From Myxococcota bacterium (lineage in GTDB: Bacteria > Myxococcota_A > Polyangia > Nannocystales > Nannocystaceae): a stretch of DNA of 64,000 nt. Shown here in pieces: positions 23,699 through 33,949 of the stretch. The DNA lies in NCBI GenBank assembly GCA_039028615.1, contig JBCCHT010000040.1:44259-108258 (forward strand), read 5' to 3'. Under the pieces are notes generated by a model. It searched no databases, was not told the origin of the DNA, and worked only from the letters and a program-made list of their open reading frames with translations. Every line of letters starts with the position of its first letter. Positions within the stretch are counted from its first letter, which is position 1. The position numbers and the translations under genes were made by a program.

Positions 23699-23835
23699 GA
23701 GCGGCGCCCATCCTACTGCCCTTTGTCGCCCCGGGCGCCTCTTCGCCGGCCTTTTTTGTGTTTGGGGCGAAATTCCCCGCGGAACGTGCTCCCGAAGCGG
23801 CCGGCGATGGAACCCAGGGAGATCGCGACGAACGT

Positions 23836-24351
23836 TCAGGGAGCCGCTGGCGTCACTTCTACGGCGATCACGAAGTCCTCGGCGTCCGCCTCATCACCCC
23901 GGCCCGCGACCGGGATCGTGATGGTGGCCCGACCGGGCGCCGCGGCTCGGAACTCGAAGTGCTCCCGGGATCGGCCGCCGTCGACCTCCGGCGGCGGGCC
24001 TTCGGTCGTGCGGGACACGAAGCGCACCGCAATACCGTCGACCTTCGCTCGGCCCCAGCCATAGCGGTACTTGGGGTGGATGCCCTGCGACGACTCGGCC
24101 AGCTCGACGACGAGCTGATCGCCGGGATGAATGACCGGCGCGGGCTTCCCCCGCAGATCGGAGAGATCGATCGTCTTGCCCGTCGCCGGTACGGCGGCCT
24201 TGCCTGCGTCGTCGGCCTTGCCCTCGGCCTTGGCCGGCGTAGCTCCGTCGGCGGCTGGGGCCGGGCCTTCGTTGGGGGGAGCCGCCGGGCGATCGCCCGT
24301 GCAGCCCATCGTGACCGAGGCCAGGAGACACGGTGCCAGCACGCGGAGCAT
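23836..24351 (-). CDS. lipoprotein with a possible chagasin/I42 protease-inhibitor-like Ig fold
   Basis: TMGC lipobox; PGDQLVVEL...Y.W...GG...FEFRAAAPGRATITI pattern. Confidence 0.55.
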   Translation of the reverse strand: MLRVLAPCLLASVTMGCTGDRPAAPPNEGPAPAADGATPAKAEGKADDAGKAAVPATGKTIDLSDLRGKPAPVIHPGDQLVVELAESSQGIHPKYRYGWGRAKVDGIAVRFVSRTTEGPPPEVDGGRSREHFEFRAAAPGRATITIPVAGRGDEADAEDFVIAVEVTPAAP

Positions 24352-24367
24352 GCCGGCATGGTAGTCG

Positions 24368-27277
24368 CTATCGACGTCGGCGTCGCAGGCCGAGCAACAC
24401 CAGCAGGCCGAAGGCCGCGAACCCGGATCCGGGGGCGTCGTCGGTGGCTTGGCAGGCGCAGCCGCGGGGCACGAGGCCGTCGTTGGTCAGGCCACCGCCG
24501 GCTCCTCCTCCGTCGTCGCTCCCACCATCGTCGCTGCCGCCGTCGTCGGAGCCATCGTCTCCGCCGTCGTCGCCCTCGAGCAGGCAGACCGCGCTGCAGC
24601 CGTCGCCGTCGAGGAGGTTGCCGTCGTCGCACTCCTCGGTGCCTTCGATCACCCCGTTGCCGCAGGCGTTGGCGCCGGGCCGATAGCCGACCACGCACAG
24701 CTCGTCGACCGTCCAGCCGCCCATCTCGAGGCCGCCGTCGGTGCGCACGCCGAATCCCAGCTGGACCTGGCCGCCGCTGGCGGCCGCGCTGATGTCGACG
24801 TCATGGAACACCCACTGCGAGTCGCGGTGGTGGACGTTGGCGCCCTGGTTGTCGTTGGCGCTCGCGAAGTTGCTCCACGCAATCTCTTCGTTGGCGGTGA
24901 TGAAGGCCTGGTCGTAGAACCCGTCCTCGACCGTCAGCCAGCGCTGGTAGTGCAGTCGTACCGAGGCGTAGCCGGCCGGCACCGCGATGACCGGGCTGAG
25001 CACGGAGGTGTTGGAGCCGGGCGGGTAGAACCCGTCGCCGTTGAGGTCGAGGCCGAGCACGAAGGGATCGGGACCCGCGGCATCCGCCGGGTCACCCGCG
25101 AGGCCGAGCGGAACGTCGACGTCCCACGGGTTGGTGATCTCCCAGCCGTCGGCGAGGGCCTGGTCGAAGCTCGTGCAGTAGATGGGCTCGACCGGGCCGA
25201 ACCAGTGCTGGAACCAGGGGTCGCCCTGGTTGGGCGGCACGATGCGCGCGGCCCCGGTGGAGTACTCGACGAGCACTCGATAGCGCATGACTTGGCCATC
25301 GGGCAGCGGGGGCAGGACGAGCTCGTAGCCGCCACCCACCGGGGTCATCTCGGCCAGCTGGGTGCTGGAGTCGCCGTCGCGGGGGCCCCACTCGATGAAC
25401 GCGACCGCCTCGAGCGGGCAGGCGTCGAAGGAGGGCAGGTTCAGGTCCACGCGCACGCCGAGGCCCCCGGGGACCTCCTGGGCGACGACCTTCTCGGCCT
25501 CGATGCCCGTGCCCGAGAACAGCCCGTGGGAGCCGAAGGCCTGGTTGATCTCGCAGCCGTCGGGCGTGCCGTTGGCGAGGTTGCCGTCGTCGTCGTTGAC
25601 GAGCAGGGCGGCGCCGTACATCGAGGGCATGTCCACCGCGCGGCGGGTGCCCTCGTAGAAGATGATGTCGGTGCGGCGGATGCCCTCGGCCGGGCCGTAC
25701 TTCTCCATCAGCAGCGTACGCAGGTCCCACAGCGCGCCGCCGATGATCATGCCCGCCTGGTGGATCTCGCCGTCGTCCTCCGGCCACACGCGCTCGAAGC
25801 CCACCGGGTTCAGCTCGCGCAGGGGCTCTTCGTCGTAGAAGAAGCCGCGGCCCATGCCCGAGTCGCCCACGATCGTGGCGGCGAGGTAGTCGGAGATGCC
25901 CTCCGAAAGCGCGCCGTCGAAGGAGCCCACGCCGGGGATGAGGGACTGGCGATGCACCGAGTGCCCCGCCTCGTGATAGATGACGTCGGCCATCCGCCCC
26001 GTGTTCTCGCAGTTGTTGCTCGAACGCAGGAAGAACAGCGAGTCCCCGTCGGACATCGCGTTGCATTCGTCGTCGATGTTGACGGTGGCGGTGGTGCTGC
26101 GATTGAGCCACTCGAGGTCGGGGGCGAAGGCGCGGACGTAGCTCTTCACCGCCAGCAGGTGGGCGTAGGTGGTGGCCTGCGCGTCGCCGGCCTCCTCGTC
26201 GCCCTGGTTCCACACCGCCACGCCGCCGTCGGCCAGGAACAGCGTGTCGGTCAGCAGCGGCCCCGTCTCGTCGACGATCTCGGCGAAGGGGCCCTGCAGG
26301 CCCGGGCTGACATTGGCCGCGCTGCCGGGGAAGGTCACCGAGGAACTCAGGTCGGTGGTCTGCAGCTCGCCGTTGACCAGGACATTGGTCGAGGGCACGG
26401 GCAGGTTGACCCGCGGGAAGATCGGGCTGCGCGAGGAGGCGTTGTAGATGATCTGCCCCGACGCTTCGTGCATCGTGGACTGGCGAGCCACGGGCTCTCC
26501 GGTCTCGGCGTCGAGATAGACCCACCAGCGGCCCATGGGTGTTTCGGTACGAACCTCGGTCCGCACGACCTCGCGGTACTGCGGGCCCGAGCCGGTGCCG
26601 TCGTCCACGGGGAGGATCATCGGGGCGCTCACCGCCGTGTCGCTGCGCAGGGTGGCAGGCGAGAAGTCGCGGGCGATCCAGCTACGGGCCTGAGCGCGGA
26701 CGGTGGTCTCGTCGGCGGGCGCGAGCGTGGAGCTGACGAACACGTTGGACTTGGCCAGGCTCGTGATCATCACGAGTCGGTCGTGCTTGAACAGCAGGCC
26801 GATCTGCCCCCCCACGACCTCGCGGCCGCCGGCGTGTTGCGCGAAGCCGACGCTGCGGATCCCGGCCGACTCGTCGTTCGACACGAGCACGAAGTCGGTG
26901 TCGCTCGAGCCGGGGGCGAGCAGGGCGACGTGGCGTCGGAGGAGATCACGAGCGACCCGCTCCGCCTCGTCGGGCGAAGCGATGACGCCGGGCGTGGCGA
27001 GTCCGGCCGCGATGATCTGCCGGGGGTGTTCTTGTTGGTCGTCCCAGGTCGCCCATGCGGAGCCGAGCTCGGCGGTCAACGCATCGAAGGCGCGGGCCCG
27101 GGCGGGGTCGGCCGCGGTGGCCCGGAACTCGTGCGGCGCCGCGAGGTGCAGGACGTGGCCATTGGCCAGCTCGTGCTCTCCGACCGCGGCCTTGGTGGTG
27201 GCAGGGGAAGTGACGGCGAGCGCGGTGGCGGGCCACAGCGCGGTGAGAAGAGACAAAACGAGCGTTCGATTCACCAC
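24368..27277 (-). CDS. secreted M4/M36-like Zn metalloprotease with propeptide, Cys-rich repeat and MYXO-CTERM-type tail
   Basis: DVIYHEAGH, GALSEGISD, EIH; C-terminal GCAC...TM...RRRRR. Confidence 0.88.
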   Translation of the reverse strand: MVNRTLVLSLLTALWPATALAVTSPATTKAAVGEHELANGHVLHLAAPHEFRATAADPARARAFDALTAELGSAWATWDDQQEHPRQIIAAGLATPGVIASPDEAERVARDLLRRHVALLAPGSSDTDFVLVSNDESAGIRSVGFAQHAGGREVVGGQIGLLFKHDRLVMITSLAKSNVFVSSTLAPADETTVRAQARSWIARDFSPATLRSDTAVSAPMILPVDDGTGSGPQYREVVRTEVRTETPMGRWWVYLDAETGEPVARQSTMHEASGQIIYNASSRSPIFPRVNLPVPSTNVLVNGELQTTDLSSSVTFPGSAANVSPGLQGPFAEIVDETGPLLTDTLFLADGGVAVWNQGDEEAGDAQATTYAHLLAVKSYVRAFAPDLEWLNRSTTATVNIDDECNAMSDGDSLFFLRSSNNCENTGRMADVIYHEAGHSVHRQSLIPGVGSFDGALSEGISDYLAATIVGDSGMGRGFFYDEEPLRELNPVGFERVWPEDDGEIHQAGMIIGGALWDLRTLLMEKYGPAEGIRRTDIIFYEGTRRAVDMPSMYGAALLVNDDDGNLANGTPDGCEINQAFGSHGLFSGTGIEAEKVVAQEVPGGLGVRVDLNLPSFDACPLEAVAFIEWGPRDGDSSTQLAEMTPVGGGYELVLPPLPDGQVMRYRVLVEYSTGAARIVPPNQGDPWFQHWFGPVEPIYCTSFDQALADGWEITNPWDVDVPLGLAGDPADAAGPDPFVLGLDLNGDGFYPPGSNTSVLSPVIAVPAGYASVRLHYQRWLTVEDGFYDQAFITANEEIAWSNFASANDNQGANVHHRDSQWVFHDVDISAAASGGQVQLGFGVRTDGGLEMGGWTVDELCVVGYRPGANACGNGVIEGTEECDDGNLLDGDGCSAVCLLEGDDGGDDGSDDGGSDDGGSDDGGGAGGGLTNDGLVPRGCACQATDDAPGSGFAAFGLLVLLGLRRRRR

Positions 27278-27513
27278 AAAACCTGCAAACCCCAGGCATC
27301 GTTGTAGAAGTGAAGTCGAGAGGGGTCAAGGAGCGTTGCGTGCGCCGATCCGCGCATCACGATCGCACCCTCGGCCCGCATCTCGGCGGGACGATGCACT
27401 TCACGTTGTAGGCCGTCCGCAGTTGCCCGGTTACCGCTCGCCGTCGCGTCGGCGAAGTCACCGACGAAATGCCGTCGGCGAACGAATCAGGGTGAACGGA
27501 CGTGGCGTGGTGA

Positions 27514-28107
27514 CTAACCGGAGATGGGCTCGCTACGCGTCGGGCACACCAGCGCGCCGCCGTCTTCGCCCGAGCCGCAGGGCTCGCCGTCGGAGAAGTC
27601 TTCGATGCTGCGGGTGTCGACGAGCGGATCGCCGGGCCACGAGGACAGAGGGTCGACACTCTCGAGCGGATCGAGGCTCGCGAGCAAGGTCCCGCCGCAG
27701 TCGGGATCGCCCGGGTCGCACTCGCTCGACCAGCGACCTTCGTCGGAGGCGGCGGAGACCATACTCGCCGCGTCGGTCGAGCGGGCGCCGGGCTCGACAT
27801 CACCCTTGGGCCAGACCATCAGCGCGACCACGGCGGCCGCGGCCCAGATGCCGCCGGCCATGCCGATGCGTCGGGCCAGGCGGCGCGGGGCCGAGATGCG
27901 AACCGGCTCGGCTTCGAGTTCGATCTGCGCGGCGACCTCGTGCATGAGGTTCTGGAGCTCGGCTTCGTCGGCCAAGCGCTGGGCACACAGGGCGCACTCG
28001 AAGACATGGGCCTCGAGGGCTTCGGCCTGCTCGGGATCGAGGGTGTCGCTGACGTAGGCCGCCAGGTCCTCTTGGCGAGGGTGGTCGGCGATGGGAAGGA
28101 CGTTCAT
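27514..28107 (-). CDS. zf-HC2 membrane anti-sigma factor
   Basis: HVFECALC (HxxxCxxC) plus one TM; overlaps the sigma-factor stop by 4 nt. Confidence 0.85.
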   Translation of the reverse strand: MNVLPIADHPRQEDLAAYVSDTLDPEQAEALEAHVFECALCAQRLADEAELQNLMHEVAAQIELEAEPVRISAPRRLARRIGMAGGIWAAAAVVALMVWPKGDVEPGARSTDAASMVSAASDEGRWSSECDPGDPDCGGTLLASLDPLESVDPLSSWPGDPLVDTRSIEDFSDGEPCGSGEDGGALVCPTRSEPISG

Positions 28108-28823
28108 CGAAGTTTCCTCCGAGGCTCGGCGATGGCGGCCCGCATGCGCTTGCGGAGCTCGCAGACGATCTGGCGTACGCGCTGGACCGAGAGCCCCAGC
28201 TCTTGGGCGACCTCGGTCGGGGTCATGGCCCGCTCGCCGTAGAGCAGGGCAAAGACGCGTTGAGCGTTGGGCGAAGCCCGGTCGACGACCCCCCGCACGG
28301 TGCGGAGTTGTTGTCGGGCATTGAGCTGGCCCTCGGGGTCTAGGGTCAGGTTGGCGGCGGCCTGCTCTTGGCGGGGCCGGTCGAGTCGGGCGCGCCGTTC
28401 CTCGCGGCGCACATCGTCGCTGGCGAGGAAGCCGGCTTGGGTGATGACCAGGCCGGGCAGGCTGAGTTCTTTGATGAGGCCGGCGCGGTGACGATCGATG
28501 ACCCGCAGCCAGGCGTCTTGGGCGAGCTCTTTGGCGCGCTCGAGCGGCACGCCGCGGCCGACCAAGGAGACGACGACGCGACGGCCGTGGCGGCGCATCA
28601 TCTCGTCCCAGGGGACGTCGTCGACGGGTTGAGCGGGCGCGGCGTTGGCCGGCGCCTCGTGGGTGGGCACCGCCGCTTTGGACACCGTGGGCTCGGGACG
28701 GGGAGCCTCAGCCGCGGGCGCTTCGCGCTGCCGCGGCCACACACCCCACACGCTGCCGTCCCCGGCAGCGGCCGCCGCGGGGATGCCTGCACCCGGGGCG
28801 AAAATGGAGGGTCGGCTCACCAT
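28104..28823 (-). CDS. ECF sigma-70 factor
   Basis: AKELAQDAWL (region 2); TPTEVAQELGLSVQRVRQ (region 4 HTH). Confidence 0.88.
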   Translation of the reverse strand: MVSRPSIFAPGAGIPAAAAAGDGSVWGVWPRQREAPAAEAPRPEPTVSKAAVPTHEAPANAAPAQPVDDVPWDEMMRRHGRRVVVSLVGRGVPLERAKELAQDAWLRVIDRHRAGLIKELSLPGLVITQAGFLASDDVRREERRARLDRPRQEQAAANLTLDPEGQLNARQQLRTVRGVVDRASPNAQRVFALLYGERAMTPTEVAQELGLSVQRVRQIVCELRKRMRAAIAEPRRKLR

Positions 28824-28945
28824 GGATCACAACGTCGTCGAGGCTCGTAGCATATCGCGAGCGTGTTTTGCGCAACGGAAGTCTCTCGATCTATGTATGG
28901 AGAGGTGAGCAGGTGTGTGATGGCAGCGTTGGCCGGGCGCCGCCA

Positions 28946-29686
28946 CTACGAGCGCTTGCGACCGCTCGAACGCTTGCGCCCACCCGGGCGCTTGCCCTTG
29001 GGCGGGGCGTCGTCCTTGGTCAGTCGGGCGGCATAGACCGCGTGGCGCAGGCCCCCGCGACCGGGGCGAGTGCGATGCACGGAGAAGCCGGCCCGCGTGA
29101 GGCGGCGCTCGAAGCCCGCGTCGTGCTCCTCGCTCCACACCGAGAACACGCCTTGGGGTCGCAACGCGCGGGCGCTGTGCTCGATGGCGTGGCGTCCGTA
29201 GAAGGGATCGGCGTTGGCGTCGGTGCCGGAGTGCGGGCCTTCGAACAGGTCGAGCACGATCGCATCGAAGCTGCCGGGCTCGCTGCGGCGGATGAGGGCC
29301 GCGACGTCGGCCACCACGATCGTCACGCGCGGATCGGAGAGCGCCTCGCCGTTGACCGCGGCCAGCGGTCCCTCGCACCAGGTGGCGATGATGCCGTGCA
29401 GCTCGGCCACCGTGATCTGGGCGGTGGGGGGTAGCACGTCCAGCGCAGCGCGGAGGGTGCAGCCCATGCCGAGTCCGCCGATCAGCACCCGCGGCGCGGG
29501 GTGAGTGGCCAGGGGTTCGCATGCCACTTCGGCCACCGCCAGCTCCGAGCGGTTGGCGAAGCTGTTCATCAGCACGCGGCGATCGACGGTGATCAGGAAC
29601 TCGCGGGCGCCCTCGCGTCCGCGGGCGGAGAGCCCGAGCTCTCCGTCGTCCGTCTGTGCCGTGTCCAGGACTTCCCAGGGCTGCAC
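28946..29686 (-). CDS. soluble spermidine-synthase-like SAM-dependent transferase
   Basis: VLIGGLGMGCT, VAEL, FDAIVLD..GP, GVFSVWS. Confidence 0.85.
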   Translation of the reverse strand: MQPWEVLDTAQTDDGELGLSARGREGAREFLITVDRRVLMNSFANRSELAVAEVACEPLATHPAPRVLIGGLGMGCTLRAALDVLPPTAQITVAELHGIIATWCEGPLAAVNGEALSDPRVTIVVADVAALIRRSEPGSFDAIVLDLFEGPHSGTDANADPFYGRHAIEHSARALRPQGVFSVWSEEHDAGFERRLTRAGFSVHRTRPGRGGLRHAVYAARLTKDDAPPKGKRPGGRKRSSGRKRS

Positions 29687-29937
29687 GAAAAGTCGCTCCT
29701 CGCGAGAAGCGGTGGTTTACAGCAAGTCCACGCGCGCCAGCGCGGTGGCGGTGCGCGCGACGTGCGAAACCGGTCTCTGCTCCCGTACCGGGCCTCCTGA
29801 CGCCGATTTGGCGCGGTCGTGAGCTATGGCGGCGCCGGCTTCGGGCATCCTTTTTTCATCGATCACGCCCCGGTTTCGCCCCATGGGCCCATGCCTGCGC
29901 CGACCATGGGCAGGCTCGACGCTTTCGAGGATCGACC

Positions 29938-31086
29938 ATGCCTGACAAACCATCGCTCGCTCTGCTGGGATTCGTGTTCGTCGGTCTGGCCTGTGGTGAC
30001 GATGGGGGCAATGCCGATGCGGCGGCCGACGGCGCGGCGACGCTCGGGGGCGAGACGGCCAGCGCGGACGAGGACAGCTCGGCCGGCTCCGACGACTCCG
30101 ACGGCTCGTCGCCCATCACCGCCGTCGATGCGGCCGCGGACATGGCCAACGGCTTCAACGTCGGCAACGCCTTCGACTTCCCCCAGCACCCGCGGACCTT
30201 TGCCTCCGCCGGGGCGATGATCGACGCCTACTACGACGAAGGCTTTCGCACCGTTCGCCTCCCCGTGAGCTGGATCGACAGCGCCTGGGCGGGCGAGCCC
30301 CCGCTGGCCGCGACCGACGGCACCGTCGACACGAGCCACCCACGCCTGGCGGAGATCGAGTCCACCGTCGACCACGCGCTCGACAAGGGCATGTACGTGG
30401 TGCTCGACCTGCACCACGAAAACTGGCTGTACGACGAGCCCTGGAGCGACGGTCAGCTCACCCGCTTCGAGCAGCTGTGGTCGGGTGTCTGCGAGATCTT
30501 TGCCGATCGCCCCTACCAGCTGATCTTCGAGGCCATCAACGAGCCGCACGGCACCATCGAGAACGACAGCGTCGCCGTGCAGGCGCTCAACCAGACCGCC
30601 TACGACGTCATCCGCGGCTGCGGGGGCAACAACGCCGAGCGCATCCTCGTGATCGACGGCGGTCACTGGGGCAGCCGCACCGGGCTGCCCGCGATCTGGC
30701 CCGAGGTCACCGACATCCCCGGAGGCGGCGAGGACCCCTACGTCATGGCGTCGGTGCACTACTACGAGCCGCTGGTGCTGACCCACGGCGACGATGCCTC
30801 GGGGGTCGACACCATGTGGTCCGCGGCCACCATCGCCAACCACTTCCAGTTCGTCGAGAATTGGTCGCAGGGCCAGGTGCCGATCTTTCTGGGCGAGTTC
30901 GGCATCAACTGGGACCAGCACGCGCACGTCGTCAACGACAACATCCAGGGCTGGATGGGCGCGGTGGCGGACGAGTGCCGCACCCGGGGCTGGGGCTTCG
31001 CGATCTGGGACGACGGGGGTTGGTTCCGGGTGATGGATCGCCAGACGCAGCAGTTCAACGGGCTGCAAGACGCCGTCGTGCCCTGA
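29938..31086 (+). CDS. glycoside hydrolase family 5 (cellulase-like) lipoprotein
   Basis: lipobox GLAC; GFNVGN, VRLPVSW, LDLHH, INEP (acid/base), VHYY, LGEFG (nucleophile), IWD. Confidence 0.93.
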   Translation: MPDKPSLALLGFVFVGLACGDDGGNADAAADGAATLGGETASADEDSSAGSDDSDGSSPITAVDAAADMANGFNVGNAFDFPQHPRTFASAGAMIDAYYDEGFRTVRLPVSWIDSAWAGEPPLAATDGTVDTSHPRLAEIESTVDHALDKGMYVVLDLHHENWLYDEPWSDGQLTRFEQLWSGVCEIFADRPYQLIFEAINEPHGTIENDSVAVQALNQTAYDVIRGCGGNNAERILVIDGGHWGSRTGLPAIWPEVTDIPGGGEDPYVMASVHYYEPLVLTHGDDASGVDTMWSAATIANHFQFVENWSQGQVPIFLGEFGINWDQHAHVVNDNIQGWMGAVADECRTRGWGFAIWDDGGWFRVMDRQTQQFNGLQDAVVP

Positions 31087-31188
31087 CGCGGGCGTTCGAA
31101 CAAAAGAGGACACCGAGCCTCGCATTCGCGGGCCCGGTGTCCGGGAGACACGCCCTTTCGCCTGGCGTGTCGACGAAACGTGGAGGGG

Positions 31189-32364
31189 TTAGGGAACGGG
31201 GAGGACTTCGCCGTCCTCGGCGCACAGCGAGGTCTCGAGGTGCCCGGTGACGCGCAGCCCGTCGCAGGCCGCGTTGCAAAGCTCGATGGTGGAGCGCTGG
31301 GTGTCGTCGGTGAAGTGCCAGCCCGACTCGGTGCTGCAGTCGGTGATCTGTTCGATGAGCTCGTCGTCGACGCGGACCTCGAAGGAGGCGTTGTCGGGCA
31401 CGGCGACCTCGAGGGGCAGGGTGCACTCGATGCGGGCGGCGACCTCGTCCAGCGCGGTGTACAGCGCGGTCTCGTCGTCCGCCGCGTAGTAGGGCAGCTC
31501 GCCGTCACGCGCCACGCCACCCGCCAGGGCCACGTCCTCCAGCACCTCGTGGGCGTTGGCCTGGGCGTAGTCGACATACTCGTCGCGGATGTCGATGCCG
31601 ACCACGTAGGTCGGGACGCCCATGGTCTCGTACGCGGACTCGACCACCGAGGGCAGCGACTCGTCGTACAGGAACATGCCGTTTTCGTCGGCGCAGTTGG
31701 CCAGGCCGTCGGTGACCAGGAGCACGGCGCGAGGGCTGCCGTCGGCCTGCTCACTCAGGTGGTTCAGGGCGGTGACCATGCCCGCGCGGGCCGGGGTCGC
31801 ACCCTGCACCGTGGTGTCGGCGCTCGGCATGGAGGCGAGGATGTTCGCGGCGTTGTTGGCATCGGTGCGCACGTCGGGGCCGCTGTCGACCCGGCACGCC
31901 GCCTCGAAGCCCTGGTCCCAGTGCCCCGCGTCGGCGGCGGGGAACAAGGTGGCGCCGAAATCGATGGTCGCGTCGTAGGTGGTCAGCAGGTCCGAGACGA
32001 CCGAGTGCAGGCTCGACCAGCGGGTGACCTCTTCGCCGCCATGAACCCAGCGCTCGTCGCTCATGCTCGAGGACTTGTCGAGCACGAGCATGACCTGCGG
32101 GGCATTGGCTTGGAGGTCGAAGGTCTCGCTGATGCACTCCTCGGGATCGGCACTGATGCCGTCGTCCGCGGCTCCGCCTTCGGCACCCGCACTGGCGGCT
32201 CCGCCGTCGTCGAGGCCCGCGTCTTCTCCCTCGTCGTCGAATCCAGAAACGTCGATGCCGTCTCCGCCCGCCGAGGCGAACGGGTCATCGCCCGAGTCGC
32301 CGACACAGGCCCCGAGCAGGGCGGTGGCGATCAAGGAGACAGCGAACGGTGACTTCGCAAGCAT
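31189..32364 (-). CDS. vWA-domain lipoprotein (CglB-like)
   Basis: LGAC lipobox; VLDKSSSM (MIDAS), ATP, LVTDG, TYVVG. Confidence 0.85.
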   Translation of the reverse strand: MLAKSPFAVSLIATALLGACVGDSGDDPFASAGGDGIDVSGFDDEGEDAGLDDGGAASAGAEGGAADDGISADPEECISETFDLQANAPQVMLVLDKSSSMSDERWVHGGEEVTRWSSLHSVVSDLLTTYDATIDFGATLFPAADAGHWDQGFEAACRVDSGPDVRTDANNAANILASMPSADTTVQGATPARAGMVTALNHLSEQADGSPRAVLLVTDGLANCADENGMFLYDESLPSVVESAYETMGVPTYVVGIDIRDEYVDYAQANAHEVLEDVALAGGVARDGELPYYAADDETALYTALDEVAARIECTLPLEVAVPDNASFEVRVDDELIEQITDCSTESGWHFTDDTQRSTIELCNAACDGLRVTGHLETSLCAEDGEVLPVP

Positions 32365-32517
32365 GCCCACTAACGGAGCAAGACCGGGGCCACCCACATG
32401 TAGGGATCAAAAACCCTGGAATCCCGGCGACTCAGGAAGAACACCCGAGATGTCTCACACGTGGATCCACTGGCTTGTTCAATGGGTTGGCCTGGCTACG
32501 CCATTGGCCGCTAGGAC

Positions 32518-33438
32518 TCACATGTAGGCTTTCGCAATACATGCCGCCACCCGGGCGTTGTTGCGGACCAGGGCGATGTTGCTGGCGAGGCTCCGTTCAC
32601 CGGTGAGCTCGACCACCCGCGCGAGCAAGAAAGGCGTCACGTCCTTACCGACGATGCCGCGCGCGTCCGCTTCACCGAGCGCCTGCTCGATGGCGGTGTC
32701 AATCTCGTCTTGGTCCATCGCATCTGCGGCGGGGATCGGGTTGGTCACCAGGATGCCGCCGCCCAACCCGACCTGCGGATTCCACTGCATGGCCATCATG
32801 GCCGCGACCTGCTCGGGGGTGTCGAGCCTCAGCGGGGCCAGGCAACCGCTGGTCCGCGTATAGAAGGCAGGGACCTCGTCGCAGCCGTAGCCGATCACGG
32901 GCACGCCGTGGGTCTCGAGCACTTCGAGCGTGCGGGGGATGTCGAGGATCGCTTTGCACCCGGCGCACACGACGGCCACCGGGGTGCGGGCGAGCTCGGT
33001 GAGGTCGGCGGAGACGTCCAGACTGTGTTGTCCCCCACGGTGAACACCGCCGATGCCTCCCGTGGCGAACACGGCGATGCCGGCCTTGGCCGCGCACAGC
33101 ATGGTGGCGGCAACGGTCGTGCCTCCGCGCCACCCCGAAGCCAAGGCCACTGCGAGATCCCGACGGCTGAGCTTGCGGGCGTCTTCGTCCTTGGCGAGCG
33201 CTTCGAGACGGTCGTCACTCAGGCCAACCCTGATCCGTCCGTCCATGATTGCGATCGTGGCGGGGGTCGCTCCGTTTTCTCGTACGGTGGCTTCCACTTC
33301 GCGCGCCGTCTGGGCGTTGGCGGGCCACGGCATTCCGTGCGTGATGATCGTCGACTCCAGCGCAACCACGGGGCGCCCCGCTTCGATGGCGGCGGCGACC
33401 TCGGGTTCATAGACGAAGGGGTTGGTCGATGACTCCAT
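32518..33438 (-). CDS. psuG: pseudouridine-5'-phosphate glycosidase
   Basis: VALESTIITHGMP, GGTTVAAT, FATGGIGGVHR, SADLTEL, GKDVTPFLL. Confidence 0.95.
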   Translation of the reverse strand: MESSTNPFVYEPEVAAAIEAGRPVVALESTIITHGMPWPANAQTAREVEATVRENGATPATIAIMDGRIRVGLSDDRLEALAKDEDARKLSRRDLAVALASGWRGGTTVAATMLCAAKAGIAVFATGGIGGVHRGGQHSLDVSADLTELARTPVAVVCAGCKAILDIPRTLEVLETHGVPVIGYGCDEVPAFYTRTSGCLAPLRLDTPEQVAAMMAMQWNPQVGLGGGILVTNPIPAADAMDQDEIDTAIEQALGEADARGIVGKDVTPFLLARVVELTGERSLASNIALVRNNARVAACIAKAYM

Positions 33439-33490
33439 GGTCGGCCGCCGCAATGTACGATGCCCGAGCCCCGAGGGGCGAGGACTGGCC

Positions 33491-33949
33491 ATGGTCTTGA
33501 ACGTTCGACAGCTCGTGACTCTTGCCGCGTGTGGAGCTCTGCTCGGCACCGCTTCTTGTGATCCTTCGCCATCGCCGACGACCGTGTCGCGGGTCGATGC
33601 GCCGCGGCCGGATGCACACGCGGCCATGGTCGTCGCGAGCAAGCGCCTGGTCATCTCGCCCACCGCCGCGCTCGTGGCCGAAGACGGCCATGGGCGCCAG
33701 GTAACGGTGTTGCCCAAGCCTCGCTCGCTCGACGTCTACGCCAGCGAGTGGCGGGGACGCGCCCTCGATCCGGTGCTGCACATCGGCGACCTGCACTTCC
33801 ATCACTACGAGCACCCGGCCCGAGAAGTGATGCGCTTCACCATCGACGACGTCGGACGGCTGAACCGGGGGGACGAGGTCTGGCTGCAATGGGGTGACGA
33901 CGTGGCCTCACGGATCATCATCTCGCGCTCGCTGGAGGTGCCCCGATGA
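33491..33949 (+). CDS. hypothetical lipoprotein
   Basis: TASC lipobox; ATGA overlap with the next gene. Confidence 0.65.
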   Translation: MVLNVRQLVTLAACGALLGTASCDPSPSPTTVSRVDAPRPDAHAAMVVASKRLVISPTAALVAEDGHGRQVTVLPKPRSLDVYASEWRGRALDPVLHIGDLHFHHYEHPAREVMRFTIDDVGRLNRGDEVWLQWGDDVASRIIISRSLEVPR

